Shown piece by piece: positions 1 through 12,200 of a stretch of 44,070 nucleotides of DNA (position 1 is its first letter; the number at the start of each line of letters is the position of its first letter). The position numbers and the translations under genes are program-made. The stretch lies in the NCBI GenBank assembly GCA_051942205.1, contig JAVECO010000073.1, positions 62,001 through 106,070 of the forward strand, given 5' to 3'. The notes under the pieces are model-generated. The model was not told the origin of the DNA, searched no databases, and saw only the letters and a list, made by a program, of their open reading frames with translations. This DNA is from Coniocarpon cinnabarinum. Taxonomy: Eukaryota.

Positions 1-6
1 CCTTGA

Positions 7-3000
7 TCAATTCGACACCATGCTATTTTGTCGACTAGCGTGACCAGTTGGATTGCTAAGTCCGCTTCCCTCACTTGGTGTCTGTGGTGTCTGAACACCA
101 CTCGTAGTCGGTTCCAGATTCAGCTGATTCCTCAACGTCATCATCCACTCATGCTGCAGCAACTCCACCGCGCTCGCTCGTTTACTCGGGTCCCGCTCGA
201 AGCACTTCTTGAGGAAGTCTATTCCTTGATCGCTGAGCTGATCACTTGCAGGCAATTGCGGCGTATTGCCCTGCGCAATGTTGTACATGATGGCCCACTC
301 GTTGTCCAAACTTGCCCATGGCCGGCGACCAGTTGCCATCTCGAGGATGACGCAGCCAAGAGACCAAGTATCGACAGCGCCAGGACGTGGAGTGGACATG
401 GGTGAACCGGCCGCCCCCGGAAGCGAGGAGGTGCCGCGGATAACTTCAGGTGACATGTACATCGGCGTGCCAGTCATGGATTTTTGGCGGCCACGACCAG
501 CGGCTGCAACAGCGTTGCTGGCAGGTTTTTCGCCTGGTCCAGCAGGGGCTAGGGTGCGGCCAGATTGCTTCGCAATGATTTTTGCGGCACCGAAGTCGAC
601 ATACTTCAGAACTCCGTTGTGGTCCAGAAGGATGTTTTCGGGTTTGATGTCGCGGTGAATAACGCTGGACTCGTGAAGATAAGCCAGACCTTCCAGGAGT
701 TGCAATGCATACACGCTGATGACAGTCTCATCCTCGATGCGCCCATGTTCGAGGAGTGCGGCCAACGAGCCGCCACTACAGTATTCCATGAAAATGTAGA
801 CTTTGTCGCGATGCACCTCAATACCATGATAGGTGACGATGTTGGGATGAGAAAGGTTTTGCAGGACGGAAATCTCGTCACGAATCTGGGCGACTATCAT
901 GGGAATCATTTGAGGATCCTGAAGCCGGATTTCTTTAACAGCCATGAGATGGCCCGTGTCAATGTTCGTTGCCACCCAGACACTTCCAAAGGTGCCACCG
1001 CCGATATACTGCCCTTGCTGCCATCGCAAGGTGACGTTGGTGGCGGAAGCTGAAAGCCAAGTGAGAGAACGATCTGCTTCGGTCGAACCCTCGAGCACAC
1101 GACCGAAAGCGCGAAACTCGGTCTCCTTCTCCAGTCGTTGAGCATCCAGGAGATCGAGTTGGTCAAGCCACTGTTGACGAACGAGATCTGCGCTTTCCTC
1201 ATCATTCTTGAGCTTACTAACGTCAAGCTTGAATTTGCCAATGAGTGACTCGCGCTGCTTCTCAGCCTGTGCTGCGGCCGTTGATCGGGCGCCCATGATG
1301 TCGAAGTGAGAAATCAAGAGACTCATGCATCCGGACACTTTGGTACGAAGCTTTGCATATTCTTGAGGGGACAGGAGTAGAATGTTCTGCCCCCAAGTCC
1401 GCATCATAGCAAACTCCAACGCTTGGACGGCCCAGCGAAAAGTTCTCCGCTCGGCAGCTTTGCAGTCGTCGCTTATAAACGATATCCAATCAAGTGACAG
1501 ACGTGCGAGCCGCTGATTGTTCAGCATGCGTCGGTTGCGGTCCATGTAAATGACAGAACGTTGGCCAAACTCGGTGGCAAAGGCGAAGCATGTTTGAATG
1601 AGCTCTTCACATTCCACATCAGCAAGTTGCTTGCGAATAATTTCCACACTGTCCATGATAGTGTTCGAAAGGTCGTAAGTCTTTTTTCTGATGAAGTGTA
1701 GATGCTTGTCGACACCAGCTAGGTTAGCACATTGAGGCGTGACAACGTCAAACTCAAGGCCTATGGTGTCCAAGAAGATGTCGACAGCGTTGGTCAACAA
1801 CTTCTCGGCACCTTGAGCGACAACACGAAGCTTGCCAGGCTTGACATCGAGCTTGGGCAGCCGCATCTCCACGTTCATCCGATCTCCATCCCATGAGAAT
1901 GGTGCTTCCAAACAGAGGATGAGAAGGTAAGGCTCCTTGTCGTCGGGTGCGTCGATACGATACGCAGCTTCCATTAACATAGTCACTTCTCGAGGCTGAT
2001 TTTGTAGCGATGGAGCTGCGAAAATGTACAGTCGGTCCTTGTTGCCGCTTGATGGATTGATGAGGATGTGACCAGTCTCGAGCAAACTGTTATGGAGCTG
2101 CTCCAGTTGGTCATCCTCGGAGGATACGGCAAGTTCAGTTGCGTTCTCGAAGGTCTGGGAAAGCAGACGAGAAAATCGAAAGAGCTTTCGCTGGCGTACG
2201 CGAACTGAATCAAGCATTTGCTTGTACCTCCGGTCCATGTCGGGACCAGCGACTTCATCAGGCCGACGCTGAAGCTCTTTCTCAAAATGCATCGTCAGCC
2301 TATTGATAGACTTGGAAGTAAGTTTTGCAAATTCTTCAGCCACTTGCACATCTCCTCCCTGGAAGTGGCGACCTAGTCTCGAAGAGAAGCCCCACTCCTG
2401 TTCGAGAATCTCGGCTTCCTTGAAAGTATTCTTGTTGGCTGAGAGTTTCCACGTCAACATCTTGATATAGAAACGCAATGCGTCGAGCACAACACCGTCG
2501 AAGTTTTCGTCGATACACGGTGGTAAGTCCCAGCCTGGTTGTGGTGCAGACGTAATGAGGTACATCTGCTTGATCCTCTCTGCAAGTTCGAGCAATATTT
2601 GGAACTGCGTGATCAATTGCTCGGTAAGAAGTAGGCCTTGCTGTGCAGCATCTCTCATCTTCTTAGCGTAAGAGAGCCGCATTCGGATGATTTCTTGCAC
2701 AAGCCGTGACGGGAAATTGATAAGCGTCAAAAGTTCTTCAATGTATGGTGGCAAGTGCTTGCCATGGAAGAACTTGGCGTTGTGGATGAGAGTCTGCTTG
2801 GACTTGTGTATGACTTTGTCGACTCCGTGTATGATACTATTCTCGCCTTGCAGAGATTTGAGGCCGTCTTCCTTGAGGATGCGCTCCACGAACGAGGACT
2901 CGTCTGCGAGGTTCCCATCGTGCTCGCTCTTGTTGGACTTGGCAAAATCAAGCTCGTCATTGCCAACCCATGACTGTAAGACGCCGAGCTCGATGTTGAT

Positions 3001-4167
3001 CAACTCAGTGGTGTTATGCCACGAAATGAGAGCATCGCAGCTCTCTTTGAACTCGTCAGACGCAGCCCGGGGATGTGCTTGCTCTAGAGCTGCACGTGTG
3101 GGATAAAGACTTTCGATCTTTTCGATCTTGTTCACGGCATCTTCAACTTGGTCTCGCGCTGCCTTTCCGACATCGGCTTCGCCCTGAATCTCGAAAGACA
3201 CCACCTCTTCAATCATAGTGACAATCTTACCTCGTTGCTCCTCTATCATTCTCTTCTGAGTCGGCACAGTCCGGCCACACGTTCTAGCTTTGACGCCGGT
3301 CCAAAGCTCAGTCTTCATCGCAACACTGCTGGCTTGATCTGGTGCTCCGATGATACGCTTTTTTTCCTGCTTGACAACATCTCCAGTCAGGACACTAGCC
3401 AGCATAGAATGCCACTCCAACCTTTCGCGATTGTCAGGATTCTTGAGGTCTTCCATGGAAAGCTGACTATCCTCGTTCCCATAGAACATAATTGCCTCCT
3501 GCTCATTGTCGTACGGGTCATTTTCGCCATAGTCTGCTGTCAGTGGAGACTCTTCTTCATCACCTGATTGATCACTGTAGCCGACGCTTTGCGCGTACTC
3601 ATCAGGACTGACGGGCTGCAAATCTTCTGCATTGTCTTGCTGCAACCTCTGAGCATACAGCTTTTTCTGAGCTTTGTAGTCCGCATCTGGGTTGAGACGC
3701 GAAGATCTTGAGGCAGAAGAGGAACGTGTCTGATTGGCGAGGTTCAAAGCGAATTGACTCGGTCTACGAGGCGGCGCGTACGCGTGTGAAGGCATTCTCG
3801 TAGGGCCAGGTCTAGTCGATTTCGGAGTTGTGGATCCATTTGTGAACTGAGTATCGATGCCATTGAGCGTCTGCGAGCTTGAGCCTCTTGATCGAGTCTG
3901 CGGGAAGTTTGAGTAGGGATGAGGAGACGTCGTAGAAGGTGACGCTGAGCCGAAGCTTGAACTCGGTGCCGGAGGTGGGCCAACAAGTGAATCGCCAGGA
4001 ATTGACTGTCCGAATGAAGACCCTACTGAGCTGGAATCCCGCAGAGGAGTGACTTCATCGCTGCTCTCGACCTCATCGCTTGACTGCTGCGATTGCTGTC
4101 GACTACGGTGCCCGTCAAGGCCGTTTTGGGCGAACCCATTGGTGGTTGGAGACGATTCTTGTGACAT
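7..4167 (-). CDS. SSK2: HOG-pathway MAP kinase kinase kinase (Ssk2/Wis4/Win1 type), 1386 aa, intronless
   Basis: C-terminal STE11-family kinase domain (GGGTFGSV, MAVKEI, HRDIKPEN, DFG, GTPMYMSPE, WSLGCVILEMATGRRPW); N-terminal Ssk2-type conserved block RERLEWHSMLASVLTGDVVKQEKKR. Confidence 0.95.
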   Translation of the reverse strand: MSQESSPTTNGFAQNGLDGHRSRQQSQQSSDEVESSDEVTPLRDSSSVGSSFGQSIPGDSLVGPPPAPSSSFGSASPSTTSPHPYSNFPQTRSRGSSSQTLNGIDTQFTNGSTTPKSTRPGPTRMPSHAYAPPRRPSQFALNLANQTRSSSASRSSRLNPDADYKAQKKLYAQRLQQDNAEDLQPVSPDEYAQSVGYSDQSGDEEESPLTADYGENDPYDNEQEAIMFYGNEDSQLSMEDLKNPDNRERLEWHSMLASVLTGDVVKQEKKRIIGAPDQASSVAMKTELWTGVKARTCGRTVPTQKRMIEEQRGKIVTMIEEVVSFEIQGEADVGKAARDQVEDAVNKIEKIESLYPTRAALEQAHPRAASDEFKESCDALISWHNTTELINIELGVLQSWVGNDELDFAKSNKSEHDGNLADESSFVERILKEDGLKSLQGENSIIHGVDKVIHKSKQTLIHNAKFFHGKHLPPYIEELLTLINFPSRLVQEIIRMRLSYAKKMRDAAQQGLLLTEQLITQFQILLELAERIKQMYLITSAPQPGWDLPPCIDENFDGVVLDALRFYIKMLTWKLSANKNTFKEAEILEQEWGFSSRLGRHFQGGDVQVAEEFAKLTSKSINRLTMHFEKELQRRPDEVAGPDMDRRYKQMLDSVRVRQRKLFRFSRLLSQTFENATELAVSSEDDQLEQLHNSLLETGHILINPSSGNKDRLYIFAAPSLQNQPREVTMLMEAAYRIDAPDDKEPYLLILCLEAPFSWDGDRMNVEMRLPKLDVKPGKLRVVAQGAEKLLTNAVDIFLDTIGLEFDVVTPQCANLAGVDKHLHFIRKKTYDLSNTIMDSVEIIRKQLADVECEELIQTCFAFATEFGQRSVIYMDRNRRMLNNQRLARLSLDWISFISDDCKAAERRTFRWAVQALEFAMMRTWGQNILLLSPQEYAKLRTKVSGCMSLLISHFDIMGARSTAAAQAEKQRESLIGKFKLDVSKLKNDEESADLVRQQWLDQLDLLDAQRLEKETEFRAFGRVLEGSTEADRSLTWLSASATNVTLRWQQGQYIGGGTFGSVWVATNIDTGHLMAVKEIRLQDPQMIPMIVAQIRDEISVLQNLSHPNIVTYHGIEVHRDKVYIFMEYCSGGSLAALLEHGRIEDETVISVYALQLLEGLAYLHESSVIHRDIKPENILLDHNGVLKYVDFGAAKIIAKQSGRTLAPAGPGEKPASNAVAAAGRGRQKSMTGTPMYMSPEVIRGTSSLPGAAGSPMSTPRPGAVDTWSLGCVILEMATGRRPWASLDNEWAIMYNIAQGNTPQLPASDQLSDQGIDFLKKCFERDPSKRASAVELLQHEWMMTLRNQLNLEPTTSGVQTPQTPSEGSGLSNPTGHASRQNSMVSN

Positions 4168-4773
4168 TTTACGCGCCCGTCTCGAAGGGACTATGTTAAC
4201 TCAAGCATCGGAAGAATCTCGTTGACAGAGGCTCATTCAAAGATGGCAGAGGGGCATTGCACGTGCTGTGATAGCATTGCCGTGGGTGTAGCCTCTACCG
4301 AGAAACCGAGCGCCGGCCAAGATCGTCTCGATAGCTTGGCGAGGACGCTGACAATCTTTTTGAACAACACAGGCTGATCAAGGGAGTGACGATCTCGAGG
4401 TGTGGAGCTTTGAAAGGAGAGACGGAATGACAAAGTTTCCAAGGTCCGAGGGACTGATTGTGAGATGGTCTTCGAAGCCCAGGTCGTATCATTTCACATG
4501 AAGTTGGCAGACGTCGAGTACGTTCAATACTACCCTGCCGATGTGTCATGCATCACCGGCTGGTTTCAAGACGGCTGCGCTAATTCTAGGACTAGCCTCT
4601 TCTGGTGGTGGTACACAATAGCTCGATCTAAACCAGAACATTATAGATGTGTCACATTCATGCACACTCCACGCCTTGGGCTAAATCGAAACTCAATTTC
4701 ATTGCCGTAGACCTGACCAGAACATACGGCATTCTAAGTGTCGAAAGACAATTTGCAAGATCGATTTGCAGCG

Positions 4774-7327
4774 ATGGATCCAGATACGCTCAAGCATTAC
4801 TTGACAGACGACCCACCAACTATTGTACCACTGGACATCAAGCCTCACTTTGAGGCACTCTCGTCCAAAGAGAAGCTCTATGCCCACCACGTTAGTGTAG
4901 CCTGCTTTTCAGGCCAGCGTGCGTTGTACAAGCAAACTTCTCCAGAGTCCGAAGCAATACATGACTTTATTATCGAGCTTCATAACCATTGCAAAGGCGA
5001 CTGGAGGTCTCTGCAGACCCAGAGCAAGGTCGACGAACAGGACATCAAGCAGTTTCTGAATTATGCGGCTCAGTTCCTCGGCAATGGGGTAAGCTCTCAG
5101 ACTTGATGGTGGATGTTCAAAGCAATGCATCGTAACGCCTTGCCTGTCTCAGGGTAATTTCAAGTCGTTCGGAGACACCAAGTTCGTTCCTCGTATTCTT
5201 CATAGTAAGCTGGAGGCGCTTGCGAAGACTAGCCCAAAAGCATATCAGCTGTTCGAAAAGGCTCGTCAGGGTGTTTATGGCGCCAACTCGACCGCATCAA
5301 TGTCCCTTGGTAAGTCTGAATCATGCCTGACACTACAGGCTGGTAACGCACTCAAATCGAGGGTCCGCTCATTTCTTTCCCTGTAAAGAGATTGATGAAG
5401 TTGATATGCTATTTCGTCCCAATGAGCAGGGCTTAAATGAAGAGCGAACATGAAATGGTGATGAAAGAGGACCATTTCGTTCTGTTGCATTTGAGCACCC
5501 AGCGTAGATTGTAAATCAACGATATGGATCGCCAGATGACCATAAATAAATTGAGATACTGGGCCTTCTCAGACAAGACACCCCGTCCGAGATCCATCGT
5601 CATTGCTAATCACGGCTATCAGGATATCCGGACGAAGGCCACATCACCAACTACTACCCAGACTCTCCGAGAATCACAAAGAAGGAGATCTCAGCAGTCA
5701 GTGACTTCTTGGAATCCAAGAAACTCCTGCCTGAGAACACGCGCATGCGCAAAACACCGTCTGGCAATTTTGAAATACTCATCGCCTCTTCTGAGCATGA
5801 TCCCCCACAATCGGCCCGAGATCTAGATCGTTCCCAATTTGATCTTGAAGGCGACCTCACAGGGAAGACAGCGACACTAGTCTATGGCGACTACAGCACC
5901 GAAATGGGTAAAGTGGCTGCTTCGCTCAGTGAGGCCAAGCAACACGCAGCCAACTCTATTCAAGAAAAGATGATGGACGAGTATGTTAAATCCTTCACGA
6001 CGGGATCATGCAACACATGGAAGGCCTCGCAGGCGTCGTGGATCCAGGACAAGCAGCCGACCGTCGAGACCGACATTGGTTTCATTGAGACGTACCGAGA
6101 TCCGCACGGCATCCGCGGAGAATGGGAGGGCTTCGTAGCAATGGTGAACAAGGAGCGGACGCAGGCCTTCCAGAAACTAGTAGAGTCCGCGCCGGAGCAA
6201 ATACCGAAGCTACCATGGTCGAAGGACTTTGAGAAGGACAAATTTCTTGCACCCGATTTCACTAGCCTGGAAGTCTTGACGTTCGCGGGTAGCGGGATTC
6301 CCGCTGGGATCAACATACCGAATTACGACGACATTCGGCAGAATCTTGGCTTCAAGAACGTCTCCCTTGGAAATGGTATGTCCGCGATGCTGTCCATACT
6401 GTTCAGCAAACAGACTGACATATGACAGTTCTATCTGCGAAATCTCCCACGGAGGTGGTCCCCTTCATTCATCCCTCAGACCTGGAAGTCTACAAAGCTT
6501 ACCGCGACCCGGCCTTCGAAGTCCAAGTCGGTCTCCACGAACTTCTTGGTCACGGGTGCGGCAAACTCTTGCAGGAGACCTCACCCGGCTCCTACAACTT
6601 CGACCACGCCAATCCGCCCACGAACCCACTGACAGGCAAGCCCATCGATAAATGGTACAAACCAGGTCAAACCTGGGGTTCCATCTTCGGCGCCCTAGCA
6701 GGGCCATATGAAGAATGCCGCGCTGAATGTGTAGCCATGGCGCTATGCTGTGATTGGGACATCTTGCGCATCTTCGGATTCGACAACAAAGGCGACACTG
6801 ACCCCGGTCACTCCAACGAAGCAAGCGACGTCCTCTTCGCGTCGTACCTCTCCATGGCGCGTGCTGGCGTCGCAGCTTTAGAGTTCTGGGACCCTAACTC
6901 CAAGAAATGGGGCCAGCCGCACATGCAGGCGCGGTTCTCGATCCTGCGTACGTTCCTCGACGCGGGTGGTGGGTTCTGCACTCTGTCATACTCAGATGAG
7001 AATCATCCGCATGATCTCACCGTTCGCGTTGATCGATCCAAGATCATTTCGCATGGTCGACCCGCAACTGAGGATTATTTGAGGAAACTGCAAGTGTACA
7101 AAGCGACTGCGGACTTCGAGGCAGGGAAGCGGATGTTTGATGAGCTGACTGATGTGAGCGAGTGGATGAGGGAGAAAGTTCGGCCGGTCGTGTTGAGTAA
7201 GAAGCAGCCGCGGAAGGTGTTTGTGCAGGCGAATACTGTTTTGGAAGGCGGACAGGTCGTGTTGAAAGAGTATGAGAGTACGCCTGAGGGCATGGTCAAG
7301 AGTTGGGCGGAGCGACCGTATGTGTGA
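4774..7327 (+). CDS. DPP3: Dipeptidyl peptidase III (peptidase family M49); exons 4774-5088, 5153-5309, 5623-6375, 6429-7327
   Basis: HELLGH zinc motif and EECRAE motif; GIPAGINIPNYDDIRQ; splicing at GT-AG introns 5089-5152, 5310-5622 and 6376-6428 restores GNFKSFGDTKF, LGYPDEGH and GNVLSAK. Confidence 0.95.
5360..5580 (+). ncRNA. Candidate intronic structured RNA (possibly box H/ACA snoRNA) in DPP3 intron 2
   Basis: Intron is 313 nt versus 53-64 nt for the other two. Three consecutive stems: gctcatt 5367-5373/aatgagc 5421-5427; gaaatggt 5452-5459/accatttc 5471-5478; cccag 5498-5502/ctggg 5559-5563. ANANNA (aaatga, 5435-5440) follows stem 1; ACA at 5573 and 5578 lies upstream of the branch site. 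Confidence 0.4.
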
Positions 7328-8032
7328 GCTGGTGTTGTCTTGGTATTACCTAAATTTTAGGTCGAGGTTGTATTATTTGTATAGAAGCTGCTCGTAAAAA
7401 GTCGAAGCCTTTTGTTTGCGTTCCTTGCGCGCAGCAATCTGGTAACGAGACTGAGGCAATGAAAATAGCAATCCTTGCTAGGATTCATTCGGTCATTCCT
7501 TGTACATGATGCTGAATATAGTGAAATACTCCTCATGCCCATCCCTTTTACCCTCTACGCGACGGCTTGTATGCTTCGAAGCTCGACAACAGCTTCATGA
7601 ATAATGCGTTGCAAATAGCAAACTCCATACGAAGCACTATCAGTGAGCCCTCGGGTAGCCGGCTTCATCTTACGCTCCTGAAAAAATTAACTGCTGAGTG
7701 CCAAACAACTTCAGCTGTCTCTGTTCGGCATACAATCGCTCAATATCAATTGTTCAATCGTCTTAGAGGTCCCATACTAACAACATTTGGATGCGCGATT
7801 CTCTACGACTGGAGACAGCTCACACATGTTGCCTCGAGCAGAGTGACGGACATTCGACGTCACTCTCTCTGCGGAAAGATGATGCATCCTGTTGCCATCG
7901 CGAATGTTTCCTTTGCAGAAAAGCGCAGCACCTCGACTGCTGGGGCTTGGTCACGTGGGTGATCGTGATTGGGTGTCATTCGAATCGATCGTCTTGCTCT
8001 CACATCTTCAAAATGTGAGTTTTTTTCCGTCT

Positions 8033-8751
8033 TCAGAATCCTTGACGGCCACCAGGCCCACCGCCGAGACCCATTCCGCCACTGTTTTCGACACTGGCAC
8101 CATCGACTTTGTGGTCCGTTGGTCGAGCAGCGCTCTCGTATAGGAACTCTACCGGTTCTCTGTTGAGCTTCATGTAGTCGCCCTTGAATGCGACGTACAA
8201 CACTCTCGTCGTTTCATCGGGATCGCCGGAGAAATTGTCCTCAAAGAATAGCGACAGGCTCTGACAAGCTGTGAACTTTGGTCGCTTCACCGCCAGATCC
8301 TGGACATCACTGGTTCTAGACAGCTCGAAGTCTTGCGTGGATGGCGTGTCTGTCGCAGCTCCAAAATCGAGATCGGGATTGTTCGCGTGCACTTTCAGTG
8401 TCCGAGGCGCGCTGTCATCATTTGTGGTGCGAATATGTATGGAGTGTAATCGCACTTGGCCGGTGAAGGGGACGTGGAGGATGAGCTGAGCGTCGGCGTC
8501 CGAGGTGAGCTCTGGTGTGGCAGCTAGACGCTGATCCCATGTCTTTTGAAGAACCTTGCGGCCCGAGGCAGGGGAGGCTTCGTTCAAAGTGCGAACGGAG
8601 GGGAAATCGATTTGAGAGTACAGAAGATTCTGGATGGCTGGCGTAATATCCGAGGAGTGATCGTCTGCCTCATTTAGTCTTGTCTGATGTCTCAAGAGCG
8701 GGAAAAGCTCAACTCACGATCACAATGCTCGTCGTGGCACTGGTGAGGCAT
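8033..8751 (-). CDS. PITH-domain protein (PITHD1-like); exons 8751-8718 and 8664-8033
   Basis: Spliced N-terminus MPHQCHDEHCDHDHSSDITPA via intron 8717-8665; PITH motifs SDADAQLILHVPFTGQVRLHSI, APRTLK, LFFEDNF and the C-terminal YESAARPTDHK. Confidence 0.9.
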
Positions 8752-9206
8752 GACAACGGATGTCAAGTAGCAAGTATCTGCGAGTCAAGTCCGCGAATGA
8801 TCGAAGTTCCAGTCGTACTTAGAGGCTGTGACGTGAGGCTGTGATGGTCGACCTGAGCCGGAGAAGATTCCGAGACGCGTCGCAGCGCGTACCGGGTAAT
8901 TGCATGGGTTTGGTCCTTACTCTCCCCAGTCTCCTTACCGACTCTCAGATCAAAGCTCCAAATCGTCGCAGTAGAACGACACTACGATCTACACGATGAC
9001 CCGAAGCACAACTCATCAACAAGCACCGAAATTACGGCTGTTGCTGGGATGCAGCGACACAGGAGGCCCCGCCCCCAGGCTGGTGGTCGCCTTGCGCACA
9101 GCCTCGTTGCATCCTCATACTATTAAATAAACATATGCCGCGCTCATTTTCATGTTTCCCGTAGAATGGAGATCTTCACTATGTGTATTGAGTTTCGTCG
9201 CTTAGT

Positions 9207-12200
9207 ATGATTTGGACTTGCATATATTGCCGTTTCGATAACTCCTCCGCCGCTGATACACAGTGTGCAAAATGTGGGGAGTACCCCAGTTTCGGTGTTG
9301 GTAGCCGCCCTGACACACCACCTTCGCTCAGCCATAAAGGATCACGACGGACTGGTCACCACCGATCAGAAGCTCGGTTATCCGAGCGTACTCGTCGCCA
9401 GCACAAGGCTCGGAGACTCACTCCGCCGTCATCGAACTCTGTGAGTCAAGACAAGGATGCAGACCTTGTGGACTCTGAGACTACGCGCGTCCGTCGCAGA
9501 GCTCTATCTCAAACCTCCCCTGGCACTGGCTTCGAGGGTGGCGACATCTCCGAAGATGAAGTGAACGACCTGAGACGGCGTCTGGCAGCGGCCGAAGCAG
9601 AGAATAAGCGGCTGAAAGCAGACCGGCTACTTGTCGACGACATTGACCAACTGGAAAAAGAAATGGACCAGCTCAAGTCCCGTAATGAGCCACTCGAAAA
9701 GCCGTCTTTCGAATTGCATATCCCTCGAGCCGCTGCTGGTCTAGATGGCTTGCGAAAGCCAAGGCTATTCAATCGGCGTGAAGAACAGTATCCGGCTGAT
9801 TTCAGAGCTGCGGGGCTGGATGCTGGCACAGTATGTTACAGCATTCACTGTCGTTGGATGTGCTTGCTATATTGGCTGGTCTCACCGACCTCTTTGCACA
9901 TGACCACCACTACCCTCAAACGTTTTTTCCTCCGCGCGGGCTAATATAATCTAAGTCGCAGGTCGGTAATGTGCCAAGCCGGTCTCCGCCAAGGGCTACA
10001 GAGTACCCTATACCAGGCATGCCGAGCTCTGGAACATCTTCTGCAGAAAAATCTAAAAGACCTGCATCAAGGAGTAGTAAATCCTCTTCGCGGAAGTTGA
10101 TGCTTGCGACGCCGCATCACACTCATCCCTTTGCTATTGATTGGGAAGCTTGCGACTCTCTGATGCAGGAGTTCCATGCAGCAGGCTGCCCCCCCGATTT
10201 TACGGATATGGTTGCTAAGTCTGTGACACTAACTGGGAATGCCACTTCAGTGGCAAGCTGTACTTGTCAAGAGTACCTCGAAATGTCATCAATTGGGTCA
10301 ATGGTATTGAAAGCATTCCTTGAACTTATCAGTCATCTTTGTCGAGGGCAACAGCCACCTGCATATCGGACAGCCCGCGCGAGATTGGTCAATTCTCCAT
10401 TTGAAATTTTCGTGCTGCAGGCGGAAAACATGGATACTTCCATTAGCGCCCGGTTCATCGGACCACCAGCCCATGCGCGTGAAGTCGGACTGGCTCTTGC
10501 CTGGTTGGCAAGTGTTTTCAGACACGTTGCGCCTGACCGAGATTTACAGAAGTCAACAGCTACATTCGTAGAGAAGAGCGATTACTTCATTGGCCCTGAC
10601 AATATATATGGAAGAATCACATGCGACCCCTTGACTACATTCGAAAGTCCGCGCAGGAAAGGCAATTGCTGGTCTTCGCTCTTCAAAGGCTCGACTATAG
10701 CATGGGGCTTTCCTACAGCAACTCAAAGACATCTTCCAGACCCCCTCATGGGTATCGAGGTATGTTTCACAGTTGTTCTTGAGTGCTATTAGCCCGGAGC
10801 CGGCCGGGGAATTGATCCTGAAGATGCCACTTCTCGCAAGTCCGACGTTCTTAATTTACGTGATCTAGGCTCGCTCTCAAGCCTCGTTGAGCTGCTGCGC
10901 ATTGTACAGTCGAGCACCTTGAGGCGTGTACGCCTTTAATCTAAGTTGCTGGCAATGCTCATGAGCATAGCTTTTGGCACCTTTCATATGTGGCAATTCT
11001 CGTGTCTTTAGCATATCTCGGCTGACTGTGTTGCTTTAGATGTCATTTGAATTAATGTTAAAGATGACGGGAGCAATATATCCTATCGAATTTGACAACA
11101 GAGTCATCTTCAGAGGTAATGACAAGGTGCTAGTTCCAACAGCAAGCTCTGGTTCGTTCGTTCAATGGCACCTACTCCTGCCAAGCAACCCCGGATCCTT
11201 TAATTTGAGAGCGTTGCTCGAAACAATGTATCCTGATGAACGCAATAAACTTGACGACATGGATTGGGGACAAATCATGACTATGCATCACTGTCTAGGC
11301 TATTGTCCAGAAGCTGAGATTGTGTATGGGTCTCCGAATGCACCTTTGGGATCGGTTCAAACGTCCAGTGCTATTCCGGAGAAGACATCCATACGTCTCC
11401 AAGGATTTGAAGGTGAGCACTTCACGAAGATGTACTATTTTTGTCGCTCTTGTTGTTTTCCTAGTGCTTTGTCTGTATGAACAGCGGCTTGAAAGTTCGC
11501 GTGACACTTCGAAATCCGGCCGCTCGCTGCTTAGCATCGTGTCATTGCGTGAAGAAGGTTGTGACTCTCACCCTTCCACCATGACGGTGCAGGTCTTGCT
11601 TGGGCTTCAAGTCGCCAAGAGCTTGGAATTGTTCTTGGCCCCAGCCTGGGCGTAAATCATCCAGTTTCAGATGCGCAATGTTGCTGACTAGTGCTCAGCA
11701 TCGCTTGGTAGCGAAGGCATGTCAATCTTCGTAAGAAAACCTTAGATTCCATCGGTATGACACGACAAGTTTCCAGACTGACCTAAAATTAGGGCGCGCA
11801 ATTAACAGGACAATTCTCGTTACTAGGGGGATTAAGACTTAGAACAGCCGACACAGTAAAGCAGCTTCACGTTGTCGACCGATTGTGGCAGTTCAAACAC
11901 AGAAAAGCCGTACTGTTTGACACACGCACAGCCACAGCTTGGCTAGTACCGCAACTTCTGCTTGCCTGGCATCTAGTTCTTGAATGGTGTCAAGTTCATC
12001 GGGCACAAGTACCAAGACATCCAAAATCCGCTGAGCTCTGTCATGAAACGCTCACCGATACGTTGACGACAGCCTGGAATGACGTGCTTCGGCACGACGT
12101 AGACGATTCTCCCATTACCGTGGGTAAGTTGTCACTTCTGCATCAGTGCCAGATTCTTCTGCGCCTTTGATTTACCAATGTTTCAACAGCATTGTGTTGT

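Noticed and set aside
28..3986. Many short ORFs overlapping SSK2 on both strands
   Set aside because: Shadow frames of a long conserved CDS; no motifs.
5456..5490. ggtgatgaaaga resembling the 5' end of U14 or another C/D snoRNA
   Set aside because: No recognisable 18S-complementary domain and no downstream CTGA D box within the intron.
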